In this document: positions 1-13,400 of the stretch, in pieces | Numbering within the stretch: position 1 is the first letter of the stretch | Layout of the letters: the number at the start of each line of letters is the position of its first letter | From: Phoronis australis | Taxonomy: Eukaryota; Animalia; Phoronida | Reading direction: 5' to 3' | DNA length: 64,000 nucleotides | NCBI GenBank assembly: GCA_002633005.1 | Contig: NMRA01000006.1 | Coordinates: 604,414 to 668,413 of the forward strand | The notes under the pieces: generated by a model | What the model saw: the letters and a program-made list of their open reading frames with translations, nothing else | Told to the model about the DNA's origin: nothing | Database searches by the model: none | Position numbers and translations under genes: made by a program

Positions 1-23
1 AGTTAATCAGTTATGTAAGATAG

Positions 24-428
24 TGGCTACAGGGGTGATCTTCCCAACTTGTTGTTGGGCTATAGAATAGAACAAGTTAGGAGCAACGGGAAAACGCCGT
101 AATGTAACAACGTGATTTTGATTTAGTGTGAGGCATAATTCACCTTTCCGCATATGAAGCTCCTATAACTACTGAGCAAGCTAGAGATGGTGGTCACTGG
201 GTATAAGTCTGTTGAGGCTCAAAAATGTTGTTTTGCTTTGATTTCAACACCAGACTTGAAATCACTTGGTGTGATTTTGAACATTTGACGGCTGATCCTT
301 ACCATGATCTTAAAAGGAACTTCTGGGCTTTGGGACTGGTAAATGCCATGACGGCGACATCCTGTTGCTCCCAACTTGTTCGATTGTATAGCCCAACAAC
401 AAGTTGGGAAATTTACTCCTCGTAGCCA
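24..428. mobile_element. MITE with ~78-bp terminal inverted repeats
   Basis: 24-100 (TGGCTACAGGGGTGATCTTCCCAACTTGTTGTTGGGCTATAG...) is the near reverse complement of 351-428 (...TATAGCCCAACAACAAGTTGGGAAATTTACTCCTCGTAGCCA); no coding capacity. Confidence 0.75.
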
Positions 429-1076
429 AACTCCATTCTGGCGTTGATGGTTGAAGGGCCTGCGCTCTTTTGTTTGATAATTGCTCTAATTTCCGATCAG
501 ATCCTATCTAGCCTGACTGGGGTGGGCTGATAAAAATGAAAGTTAAGTTAAGTCAGATATTATCGCATGTTCAGCACCCCTCACGTCTGGAAAAGTTACT
601 GAACGACAGGACGCTGTAATACCCAAGTCCCTGCTTGGCACCAAGTATCAGCATAGTATAGCCAGTATATGGAGGCAGCCTGCATTATCAGCAATAATGA
701 AATTGTCGAATTAAAATCAATTCTTCCCAAGCCGTGAAATTCATTTTAATCTGGTCCAGACTGTGAAAATACCTGTTATTTTCTTAGCACATCTTGTTCA
801 TGGAATTACCGTTGTGGTGCACATCAGCTTTCATTTGATTAATGAACTTTGAACTTTGGTTTTACTCGTCTGATTTTCTTACACAGACCAGTTTTGTTAC
901 CATAAGTGGTCGTGATATTGATTTGTAGGCCAAGATTTTTAGCGGAAGGGCAATTTTTAATGGCTTTGACGATGTACATGTTTAGAAATTTAATGCGTTT
1001 CTGTTATTTACAGTACCTGCCCAATGCTCGATCCATTTTGTCTGATGTGAAAATCTGGCAATTACTTGACTGCACC

Positions 1077-1425
1077 ATGCTGGTTGAAATCCTCGCTGCA
1101 GTCTTTGTCGTGTTGCTTTGTGTTTTCTACTGGTTGCCATGGCTACTGGATGACCTGACGCTACTGAGAAATATCTTGCCAGTCCAGGCACGTCTACTCA
1201 GACTTGTTCACAAACACAAGCTGTTCATCAGTCTGTTTGAAGCAAACGCCTCTAGATTTCACGATCGTACACTGTTGATTTTCAACGACCGCAAGTATAC
1301 GTTCGAGGAAATGAATCGCATGATGACTAAAGTTGCCAATGCTGCCTTAAGACTTGGATTGAAAAGCAACGATTGCGTTGCTCTTCTCATGTACAACAGT
1401 CCTGACCTCTTGTGGATTACATACG
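1077..1425 (+). CDS. SLC27A: FATP coding exon 1
   Basis: Acceptor tttacag ends 1013; accATG at 1077; [24 protein letters not shown] segment; donor G|gtacat. Confidence 0.85.
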
Positions 1426-4400
1426 GTACATTTGTTAAATCTTGTAAATTCATAAAAGTGTTAAAATGAACATTTACTGTAGCAGTAAGTGTGGTTTTTG
1501 TTTCTTACCTAATACATGTTTTTCATAATGACAAATTGACAATTGACTAATTATGGATATTGTAGTATTTATGATTGGAAGAATGGATTTTGGTCCGCCA
1601 TGTTGACTTTGCACTTGTGTGGGATTTTGCAGTTGACCTATCACAAGCTCCGCCCCCTTGCGTAATGTCAACAAACGAACAATATGTTTTACCTGGTAAC
1701 GTGTTGTTTGTCAGGTAAAATGGCAGCTTGGAAACGAAGGTGTGTCAAGAATGCTGCGTTCTGATTGGTCAGTTAAGCCATCACTCAAAATCCTGGTGAT
1801 AGATCAATTGGTAGCAGTGGTAGACGCCATATCATAAATGTTTGTCGGAACTCTCCGTTGCTGTTGTTCAGTTTTAGTAACCCTTGCAGTTCATTCTTAT
1901 GTTTTGTCTGTCGTTAACTCTTTCAGTGTCAAGCGCAGGTAGTATATTCATTCATTATCATACGTGCCATTTGGCGACTTCAGTTCTTATCCAAATATTA
2001 TTTTAATTTCTGTCAACAGGCTAAAATTTTCTTAACATTAGTTTTTGGGTATAAATTTGACAAAATGAAATTTCACTTGCCCGCTATATTAATTATGCGC
2101 TAAATAGGCTAGCTCTTATTATGTGGTAAAAATTATTTTGTCTTTACTTTAATTTCTTCACAGCTAGTCTATGCGTTTAGACTGTTAAATGTATTTTGGA
2201 TGTTTAGACTTTTCCTTATTTCGCAGGTTTGTTCAAAGTCGGTATCCGTGTTGCCCTGTTGAACACAAATGTCCGTGAGCAGCAATTGGTTCACTGTGTA
2301 AGGGAAAGTGGGGCAAGTGTGCTGATATTTGATCAGGGTAAGTGTCTTAATGGTACAGGATTTTTCCATGCTCAATATGCGCTGGAGACTCGGACAACAA
2401 AGAGTGGTTGTCGACCGTTAATTCTTCAGTTTTTCTGTAGCCTGGTGTGGCCCAAAGGTCACTTTTTGCTCCTGCGCTATTCATACTGTTTATTAACAAT
2501 CATCCCTATCCGGCATTCACTGTTGATGTAATCCTTTACTGATCAATGCCGCGACATTGTGCAGCATGATTGAAATAGGAAACCGTGAAAATTGTTAAGT
2601 CGTAATTATACCTTCCTACAATATTTGTGCTGTTTACCAACATCCAGATGCATAAATTAGAGACAAATACTTGTCTTGGGAGTCAGTAAAAATGTATTTG
2701 CAGCAAAGCATATTAGACTTTTATCTACCTTGGTAGTCAACCAACAGTTATTTAACACCTCTTTTGACCTTGAATTAGAATTTCGGGCCATTCAGTTGGA
2801 TAGTGCTTCTCTACATCAACCACAGAAGACCGATGTCGCCATCTACCCTTGATATCGCCAAAGTTGATCTAAGCTCCTATTGTGTTGTACTGGTCAATTA
2901 TTGCATTAGCGATGTCTTCACACCAATAATATACTGTCTGAAATAAATTGAAATTTTAAGAACAAATCTCTGGTATTTTTTAACATGTTTGGCTTCTGAA
3001 ATTGAATTCCTCATTAATGTACGATCCTTCTTTCACAGAAAAAATGCAATAAGAATTGGCCAGCACGTGTCGATGGGTTTTTATTTACTGACCACACGAG
3101 TCTAAGCGTGTTTACATTAATGTATTCATTCAGCGTGGTAGATAATGGTGTTTGTGTCGTGACATTGCACAAAAGCCTGAGCCCGGCGATTAATAAAAGA
3201 AAGATTGATATCAGGCTTCTGAAAATTGATGTCGTCTGTAATATGGACTAAATGCCAGTTAGTTGAAATGTAGTTTTGTTTGCCTTCTGTCACAATAAAG
3301 TACAAAGGGCTGTGATGATGGAAACATTTGCTAAGATTTCTTCATTGTTTTATTTATCAAAACAATATTTTATATTCGAGATATTTTGTTTTTAAAAGAA
3401 TTTATGAACCGATGAACATTTTGTAATTTTGCATTTTGTAGATGAAGATCTGGTGGATAGTGTCAATGAAATTTCTTGTGATTTAAATGATGTTGCATTG
3501 TGGGTTAACAGTCGGAGTGATGATGTCATCAAAATGATTGACGTGCCTCTCTGTTTGGGAGATTACATTGACAGCGCTAATGGAGATAACTTTGAAAAGG
3601 CTACCAGAGATGGCACCAATTGTTGTGTAGGAGGGACTGTGGGTTACATCTTTACCTCGGGAACGACAGGTAGCTGTGACTGTTGATGTGAAATGTCTGT
3701 CAATGACACTGTTGTGTTACTTGTTTATACATGGACCAAATGGACCCGAGTGCATCTCGGAGTAGAGAGGTGTAAGTCGATATGGGTTGCAGCACTAATT
3801 TGTGATAATAGTGGCTTGCATGTGTTCAGAATGAGTTTGATCCTGCATTGTGGTTGCCTGTAGGCATTCGGTTATACCTGTAACTCATTTGGCCCTGACC
3901 ACCCCATTGCAAGAATAACTCAGTTTTCCTGGTATTGACCTGTCACAAGCTCCACCCCTTGTTAAAAGTCGACAAGCAAACAATAAGTTTTACCCGACAA
4001 CATGTTTTTTGTTGGGTAAAATGGCGGCTTGGTTATTAAATGAAGTTGTGTCAAGAATGCTGCGTTCAGATTGGTCAATTAAGCTGTCACTCAAAATTCT
4101 GGTGATAGGTCAAGTATTAACATGTTGTAACAGTGTTATCCTTCCTTCAAACATGCAATGTTGAAAATCTCACTCAGTGCATTACATACAATCTTGATTT
4201 TGTGGCATTAACATACGTATGGGGTTTTTGAAGTCAGACTGCTATTCCACCAAAACTAGGTCAGCAGTACTCCATTTAAAACCGTATTACTCCCAAAGTG
4301 TAATTAATTTACCCATCAGCATTTCATGAATTTCTCTTGCCTAAAAATGCTCGACACTGATTTAATTTTCGCAGACATTACTTGAATTTTAACAATGGTC

Positions 4401-7400
4401 GTGGAAAAACAAAAATACTGTTTTCTACAGCCTACCACCAGACACTGTTAAGGTACTTATCTGGCAAGTTCCAAGAAGAAAAGCATGGTACACACAAGGT
4501 CATAAAAAGAATTGATGACAGGAGTGGCATGTAATAACGCTTAAGCAGGTTCATGTGTCTTTTGAAAATCATTGGATGGTGTTTTGTACTTTATCTCCTC
4601 AAATCGGTACTGGGCTGTGAGATACGTTGACATTTTGAAATTACTTTGAGGTAGTGACTTTAGTAACATGGCCATGTCTAAAATCTGTTTGTCCAAACCT
4701 CTTCATTGGCACGGTGTTGCGATCGGTCATTTCTCCAGTTGTCTTCAGATATTGACAGCGTTCTAAGGAGAAGGAGAACAGGTATCTGAGCAGTGGCAGA
4801 TCTAGGATATCACAAGGGGGGGGGCCCAACATTTTGTCCAGCTGTAAACATTTGCGCAAACTGAGCCACGATTGTAGATGTNNNNNNNNNNNNNNNNNNN
4901 NNNNNNNNNNNNNNNNNNNNNNNNNNNNNNNNNNNNNNNNNNNNNNNNNNNNNNNNNNNNNNNNNNNNNNNNNNNNNNNNNNNNNNNNNNNNNNNNNNNN
5001 NNNNNNNNNNNNNNNNNNNNNNNNNNNNNNNNNNNNNNNNNNNNNNNNNNNNNNNNNNNNNNNNNNNNNNNNNNNNNNNNNNNNNNNNNNNNNNNNNNNN
5101 NNNNNNNNNNNNNNNNNNNNNNNNNNNNNNNNNNNNNNNNNNNNNNNNNNNNNNNNNNNNNNNNNNNNNNNNNNNNNNNNNNNNNNNNNNNNNNNNNNNN
5201 NNNNNNNNNNNNNNNNNNNNNNNNNNNNNNNNNNNNNNNNNNNNNNNNNNNNNCTGCCCTGCCCTGCCCTGCCCTGCCCTGCCTGTCAACATTAGGGTTG
5301 GATGAGGTAATTAATCAAGCCATGAAGCTGCATTGCTCTAGCTGACTCGGGTGTACAAGTGACTAACAGAAGCCTCTGCTGGGAAGTAAGCTGTGATTTA
5401 TTAAAACGGCCTGTCCAGAAAGGAACCGAGGTTACTAGTTACAGTCTCTGCTGCCAAAAGTGGCTCACAAAGGATATTTATCCTTCTTTTGTTATCCTGC
5501 AACATGAGAAAAAACCCTATGTTCATAGTTTCTGGCTTGGTTCCACATTTTCTTGATAACTAATGTGTACTCAACCTTAACCTGGAACCCGCTACACCAC
5601 ATGCATGTAAGCAGTTATGAGTCTGTTAACATCGCATGTCCCACAATTCAGTTCGCTGAAGGCTTATCTTGCTATCCATAACAATGTCAATGGTCAATTT
5701 GTCTTGACTACTTAATAAGTGAAGTAGTCTTGCAGCTGTGCTATAGTCCTTTAAAAAGCCAGGGAGTTGCCAGCCATATGTTAGACCTTTGGCTTAGAGT
5801 TGGAACATCGTGCATTCGCATGGAGGCCAACAAGTATCATGCTTAGATACTCCCTCACTTATATGAAAACTCACCAAACTAATTGATCGATGTTCATGGT
5901 ATTCAATTATTGGATGACTTGATTTGTGCACCCTTGAAGGTATTTTAAGTTTACTAGTATTGCTATCTCCGTAGGAATGTTTAAAACAAATAATAAGCGT
6001 GCCTTGCATCTGTGCTGTACATGATGCATATGGCGGGTGCATATCAACGCTCTGTGTTGCTCTTGGTTTTTATTTCTATGTCAGTTTTTTGGGATCTGCG
6101 AAATGTTTGAAGAATCATGATGGAAATTGGTGCGTTCCTATTGAGGAGAGCACAGCTGGTGTCAAATTTCAGACTGATCCAATTACTATGGCAACCAGTA
6201 GTGGCAATTTTGGGGGTTTTTGGTATCTACACAGCTTCTTGGTGGATGTCAGTCATGTTAGGCCTATATTTGTGTTGATGAAAGCAAAAATGGTGCAAGA
6301 GTTGATTTTTGGGGGGATCTAGCTTAAACAGTGGTGCTCCCTTGTGGCAGTTTGTATTTCTTTGTGTCAATCGGCCTTAGTTATCAAGCTCTTTGGTGGA
6401 TCTTAATGAACTTTGGCACGTGGGTTTCTACTGAGGAGAGCACTAGTAACTGCACCTATTGTGCCATCTAGTGGCAAGTTGTAGTTGTGTCTGCCTAAAT
6501 ATCAATGAATTTCTTCAGTGGTTCTTCATGAAATTTAACTAGCTGATTTTGATTTTGGTTTGAATCCGACAGTCAATCACTGGTCTCACCCCTTGACCTC
6601 CACCATTTTTGATGCACACTTTAGGCACATATCAATGCTTCGCATCATTTTCTACATGATCCAATACTTGCCTGTTATACTTAGATCCGATCCAATTATC
6701 TGCACTTGTAATGATGTGCGCTATTTTCAGACAAAAAACATCACACTATTTTGTACTGCTGGGCATCATAAGTAGTGCCAATGGACTACGCCTGCTTTTG
6801 AATACTTTTCTGCTCCCCTTTCGATAAATTGTCCCTTTGCTGAACTACTAGTATTTTTGAGCAGACTCACGAAATGTTTTTGATTTGCACAACATGTTGT
6901 TTGCAAGTTTTTTGAGCCATCTCATAGACGATTTGTTCTCCCCGTCTGGTAATTACGCTCTTGGTTACTCTTGTTGATTTTTGAAATTTTAACTTATTAA
7001 GTTCCTCAACTGCTTGACATACTTTACTGTATACGTGATCTAGTGTTCTAGTCTTCTATTCACTAAATGAATTTTTATGAAATTTCAGGCCTTTCAAAGC
7101 CAGTACGTCTGTCCAATCTCCGTCTTTTTACTGCTGCTTGTATACCTAACTTATGTCGCACTCTGAGTACAAACGACGTTATCTATGCGCCATTACCCCT
7201 CTATCACTCGCTTGGATTCTGCGCAGCCTTTGGTGCTGCAGTGATGTTTGGTGAGTTTAAGCAGGAACACACGGCCGTGTAATACAGGGTGTATCGGTTA
7301 CAGCCTTCTTTTTCCTAAACCATCAACTTTTGCTCTTTATGTCACTTTTTTCCTATACTGTTGATGTGTGATACATCTTTCACTTGTTAACATGACCTGC

Positions 7401-10400
7401 TGCTTAAACCAATTGTGTGTACGATACAAATTTTCCAGTTCGGAGCAGTATTTGGAAAGTAATGCTTGAGACCTTACTAGGGTAACCCAGCAAAATGGCA
7501 GTCATTGTAGTGATTGGTCGGTGAGGTCGAAGTGTTGAATTATGGGATACAGTTCATAAACTGTATGATAGAATTCACTGTTTTCTTTTGGTTATGAAGA
7601 TTTTTTCCTGCAAGTACAATTTAATGTCTTAGTTATTTGGAACGCTGCCCCGATAGAATTTATTTAGTGGTTGTTGGGTCTGCTTGTCTATAGTAACTGT
7701 TTAGAATCTAATTTAAAGGAATTAATCACATATAATGTTTATTTTTAATTACCAACTGATATCTTTTTAAGGTTGCACTCTCCTTACCAGGAAAAAGTTT
7801 TCAGCGAGTTCATACTGGTCAGATTGTCACACTCACAAAGTCACAGTAGCTCTTTATATTGGAGAGATGTGGCGTTACCTTGTCCACCAACCAGAGGTAT
7901 CTTTAAAACTTTTAAAACCTACAGTATAGTTGAGCTTTTTTGTGAATATTAAACCTTTTAAGCACATTAACTAATACAAGTTAACCAGCTTAGCTTGTGT
8001 CCCTCGTGGCAAGCTTAAAAGTGGCAACTTTTCTGAGTCGTGACTTATGCATGAGACGGCATTGGAATACTAAGTCTTTGCTATACCTTCACATGTCCCA
8101 ATTACCATATATCATATTCCACATCATCAAATTTTCCAGAAAACTTTTTCTGTTTTTGGTTTATATAGGGAGTCATAAGAGTAATTCTCCACTTATTTTG
8201 CACAACGTAAATCATGTTTTCTTAATAATCAGGGTCGGTTTGCCGAATAAACCAAAATCATACATGGGCAGTTGACAAGTATGGGTTACTCGGTTGATTT
8301 TGCACACCTGTCCAGTAATTGCCATAAACATTCGGGTTAACAGTCCTGGCACTTGAATTGCAAGGTTTTGTATGCTCTTACTGAATGAGGCCCTGGAACA
8401 ATGTAATGCAAAAAGTTAATATATGTGACTTATTATGGGCCCACATAGTTACATGTGGACGCATTATGCCGTCATCCCCGACTGTACGTCATCTACTGCC
8501 CTTTCTCTAAAACCCTTTGACATATGTTCATGAAATTTTGCACAATCGGTGTTCCGGATCTAACTACCAGATGGGTGTACCTCCTAGTGGCAATTTTAGT
8601 TTTTTCTGTTTACCTCTGTATCTTCAAAGGACCTCAATGTGTTCTCATGAAATTTGGCATATATGCATCTATTAGTGAGATGGCGCTACCCTCACATTTT
8701 TGGATTCATTTGATTTAGTTTGCACCACCTAGTGGCCATTTATATTTTTTTGAGTCTGTCTTTTGGCATCCACCCCGCTATCAACCAAACCGCACTAAGG
8801 ATGATTGTGAAAATTGGCATGTATGTTCTTACTATGAAGAGGAAAGCTGACAATGATTTTCTGATGACTTCAACGACTGTGGCGCCTCCTAGTGGCAGTT
8901 TGTTTTTGCGCCCATGGCTGTATCTCCTAAACTGTTTGCAGGATCCTTACTAAATTTAGAATTCAAAGTATAATGTTGACAACGGACGATGTCAACTTTC
9001 GGACGGATCTGACTACCGGTGTGCCCCCTTGTAGTAATTTTAGGTTTACCTCTGTATCTTCAAAGATCCTCAACTGATTTTCTTAAAATTTGGAATGTAG
9101 TTATCTATGCAATCCTCCCGTTTTCGGAGTATGAAATTGATATATTTTGCACCACATAGTGGCCATTTTTGCTGTTTTCGAGTCTGTTTCTTGGCATCCA
9201 CCCCTCTATCGACCGAACCATTCCAAGAATGGTTTTGAAAATTGGCGTATTATGTTCTCAGTGTGAAGAGAACGGTTGACGATGACGACTTCGACTACTG
9301 TGGCGCCTCCTAGTTGTAGTTTTGTTTTGTATTGCGCCTATAGCTGTATCTCCTAAGCCCACTACAGGATCTTTATCAAATTTAGTAGGTGAATTTAGTG
9401 TATTTATATGAAGCTAAAAATATGATGACGACTTTCAGGCTGTTCCAACAAATGCTGTGCCCCTTAGTGGCAATCTCATGTTTTCCGTTTTCCCTTGTTT
9501 CTCTGAAGTTCCTTCAGTAAATAGCTTTCAATTTTAAAGAAGCAAAAACATGTTCCCGTTTTCGGATGGATTGGACGTTTTTGCTCCATCTAGTGGCCAT
9601 TTTTATGATACAGATAACCACTATTTGCGGTGCATTCGTGGGTACATTTCAACGCTCGCGTTACACTTGTGTTGTTTCCATATCCAGCAATTAATTTCCC
9701 ATAAAATGAATTGGCCTTTTGATAATTGAAAGTCATGAGGATTTCCACTACCTGGTGATTTGAGTTAATTTGTTCCTGTGGCAGTGAATACCAGCCATAT
9801 TATGGAAAGTAGGTCAGCCACAAAATGACTCATACATAACCTCATCATGCATGTCACTTGTGTCACTTTGCCTTGTTGACATTTAAAGAGGTGTATTTGT
9901 TGGGTTATTGTTAGGGCTTTGCATTGATATTTTCGAAAGTGCAAAACTGACTGTGAAGCACGGAATTCGCACCAATTAGCCACACGCGAAATAAGTGAGG
10001 GACAAAATACTGTTGTTTCCAAATAATATGTACCTTCTTTTTTTCAGAATCCGAATGTTGAGAAAAATCATGGTGTAAAGATTGCTGTCGGGAATGGTCT
10101 ACGTGAGGACATCTGGCCGCTGGTCAGGGAGCGCTTTGACATCCCGCAAATTCAGGAATTCTTTGCTGCATCAGAGGGAAATACCGGCTTTTTTAACGCA
10201 AATAATACCAGAGGCTCTGTTGGCAGGCTTTCGCCATTGACGGTTGGTTGAATTTTAATCCCTCACCGAAGGCTAAGATTATTACACGTAGAACTAGGGA
10301 GTAGGGATCATTTTGTCCTCTTCCGTGCACAGCTACTCCAACATTTCTCAGCACATTTTATCCAAACTTTCAAAAAGTATGCTTAGACATGCTTTAATGC

Positions 10401-13400
10401 ATATGTTGACATTTTGCGATTCAATTGAATGTATTTTTCTGTGCATGTATTTTGGCCCGTTTTTTAATTTCCCTCTCATGCACCCATTCTCATCTCTCCA
10501 CAGCTCTCCCTACTTTCCAAAGAGAATCCGCTAAATTTTGGAAATGTAATGCTTACGAGTCGCCAGAAGCGCATATCATCTGCATTTTGCAATTCAAATG
10601 TGATTTCCTGATTCTTTGCATGTCCTTGATTTTTGTGTGTCTTCTTGGAGAAATGCTGTTCTGGATCTTAACCACTTCTACAGACAGGGAGTTTCGATCA
10701 AACTTTAAAAAAAAACATGCTTGCGTTGTTGGCAGTTTTCTTTTCCACTGTATTTTCCTGACTTTGGCCTGCTGTTTATTTTCGCATGAAGTAGTGAAAT
10801 GCTCTTCTGTATCCAACTGTTACATTTGCTAGGATATTTCATCCACATTGTCAATCAACCAAACTGTCAAGCAACAGCATTTTACCATTTGGCTATATTT
10901 TCTGTAATTTTGGCCCGTTTGTGATTTCCACGGATCTGTGCACTAGGGAAGTGCTTATCTGGGCTTGATTCCTGCTTTTCGAAGGAAATTTCCACCAATT
11001 CTTGTAAAAAGTACGCTTCCAAAGAGCCCTAGCACATGTCATCCACATATGCTTTCACACGTATTTTCCTGACTTTTGGCCCTTCTGCGAGTGTAATGCT
11101 CGTTACGTCATCTTCTATAGTCCATAATATCCAATAAATGTAGCAAATATTGATGAAATTCCCACAGAGCAAAACCTGACCAAGATGCATTGTGCTTCAT
11201 ACACTGGTCTCCAAAATTCTTTTAGAAATTGTTTTTAAAATAATCCACTTTTGCACGAGAGGCTATCAAAAAATGCTATTTAGGACTTTGTATGATTTTT
11301 ACGAAACAGTTTCAAAGTTGTATGAAACGAAAAAGAAAGAAGTGATAATTTAGAAAACTGTAGCAGCTTGTTTGAGATTTTGTCTCGAAAATTTGTATAT
11401 CATTATGAAATTGCTCATGTTATTGGTCCTGTTGTTTTGCTATGATTTGTCTTCTTTTTTACTATATTATACTCCAAAAACATGGTCATGCGATCTAATT
11501 GGTGTCAGAATGGTGTAAAGTCATAAATCAAATTCTACAGAATTTCTACTTTCAAAAAATTTTCGTACTTTTACCGAGTTAAATTCTAGCTTGGCTAAAT
11601 GTAGTCTTGACGATAAAGTTTTAGGTAACTTTAAAGTTAAAGCCAGCTCTGTGACAGACCATTGACTGAGAAATCGTCAGAGTCCTTCATCTTCTTACAT
11701 CCCTATGGGGTTTTATTTAAAAGGTGCAGTATGCAAACTAGGTATCTCCGTCCAACATTTTATCATGGAACTAAACTATATTCCAGCCATTTTGCATTCG
11801 ATGAGTCAAATGGCGATGTTTGTCAAAGTTTTTTTGATTCGTGACAAATGCCTGCCTTGGGAAATTGTTCAGTTTGCATGACTGTATACAGGTAGTTTTT
11901 CAAACAAGGTATTTCTTTTGGACAAAAATTGACAAATTTTCAAAACACTTTTATCCAACAAGCATTATTTTTCATCTGCTTTCCATCTACATTGCCAATG
12001 AACCTCCTTGGGAGGCCTACCATACAATCGATATCGATAGTAAGGTGGTTGGGGGGTATGCAGGATTTGGTGCTTGAGTTTCATAAAAAATCTGCCCAAT
12101 CAAACCATATGGCTTGCAAACTACAGTATACTATCTAGTCTGACTGCATGCCGGTAAACTGTTTAGAAGATATTGCCAGTTTCATTAGTAGTGTAAAAAT
12201 GAGTAAAAAATTGTTTTAATGATAAAATCAAACCACACTTCGTACTTTTCTCATAGTGATGAGTTCAGTGTGACCTCACTATTCAAGTATGTCAATCTTG
12301 CCTAGGTATTCATCCACAGATGTGGAAATCATGTTGTGTAGTTGTATTTAACTGAAATTATTTTAAATAAAATTTAAGATATATGAAAATAACAAAGGAC
12401 ACTTATGTTATAACTTTTTAAATTTTCATGCTCATACAAACTCGCAACTTTAACTGAGAGTTATTTTGTTTGTGACGCAAATAATGCCAGGGTGATTAGT
12501 CTGAGACATCTGATTTGTTCATTGTGGATTACAGAGAGATGAGTTAACCGGACATTTTAGATTTTGCTCTCATTGGCATCCATGGATATGTAGATTTTCA
12601 CCATAATTTTGACTAAGTCGGTCCAATTTTGAGGAGACTTGTCATTTTTGAAACTATAGCCTAGATGCAGCCTCGCATACGAAAAACTGGAGTGAGCTGA
12701 CAGGCCAAAGTTGATGATTGTGAATATTGTCCAAGTGCTGTGGCTAACCTCTGTGTGAATCTTAGCAGTGTCTCCTGGTGGTGTGTTTTGGGGAACTGTT
12801 GTAGTCTTGAGACAACCTGTTTGAATTTTTTTCAGAGTTTTTTACAGAAAAGCTACCTCGTGAAGTATGACAACGAAAAAGGTGTTCCTCGCCGAGATGA
12901 AAGAGGGCACTGTATTCCAGCTGGCATAGGTGTGTGGCTTGAGTACACAAAAAAATGTAATTTTGTTTGATGCTGCTGCAGTGCCGAGTGAAGTCAATGT
13001 TTATCCAATCTAATATTTTTTCAATACCTTAGTGTGCCTGAGAGCATGGCCCTATCGTTATCATGCAATTGAATGAGATAGTTTTAATTTTCAAAACCAA
13101 CTGGTAACCTGAAGTCCAGGGTTCAAGCTTACAGTTTGGCCACCATTTTGTTCTTAATTCTGTTATTGGGTGGAGCTTAGCAGCAGCATCAGTGTTCACT
13201 ATAGAACTCAATCTCAACCATAATCAATAGAAAACCGTGATTTTTAGGTGAACAGTTTGAAACAGACAAAATCATGCAGACACCATATTGCTACATAGTC
13301 TGGCGAGTGGAAACTCGCAAGTGCTGCACTTTACAAAAAATTGCATCCAGATTGTCGCACAACGCGAAATGCATGTACTTAAGTGTAACAAGGTCAGTGA

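Noticed and set aside
906-1076. N-terminal extension of FATP from the ORF-track GTG start
   Set aside because: Crosses a good acceptor at 1013; accATG at 1077 directly precedes the family-typical TM segment
4810-5345. Long ORFs spanning N runs (also 17311-18372 and 47897-48559)
   Set aside because: Artefacts of assembly gaps translated as X
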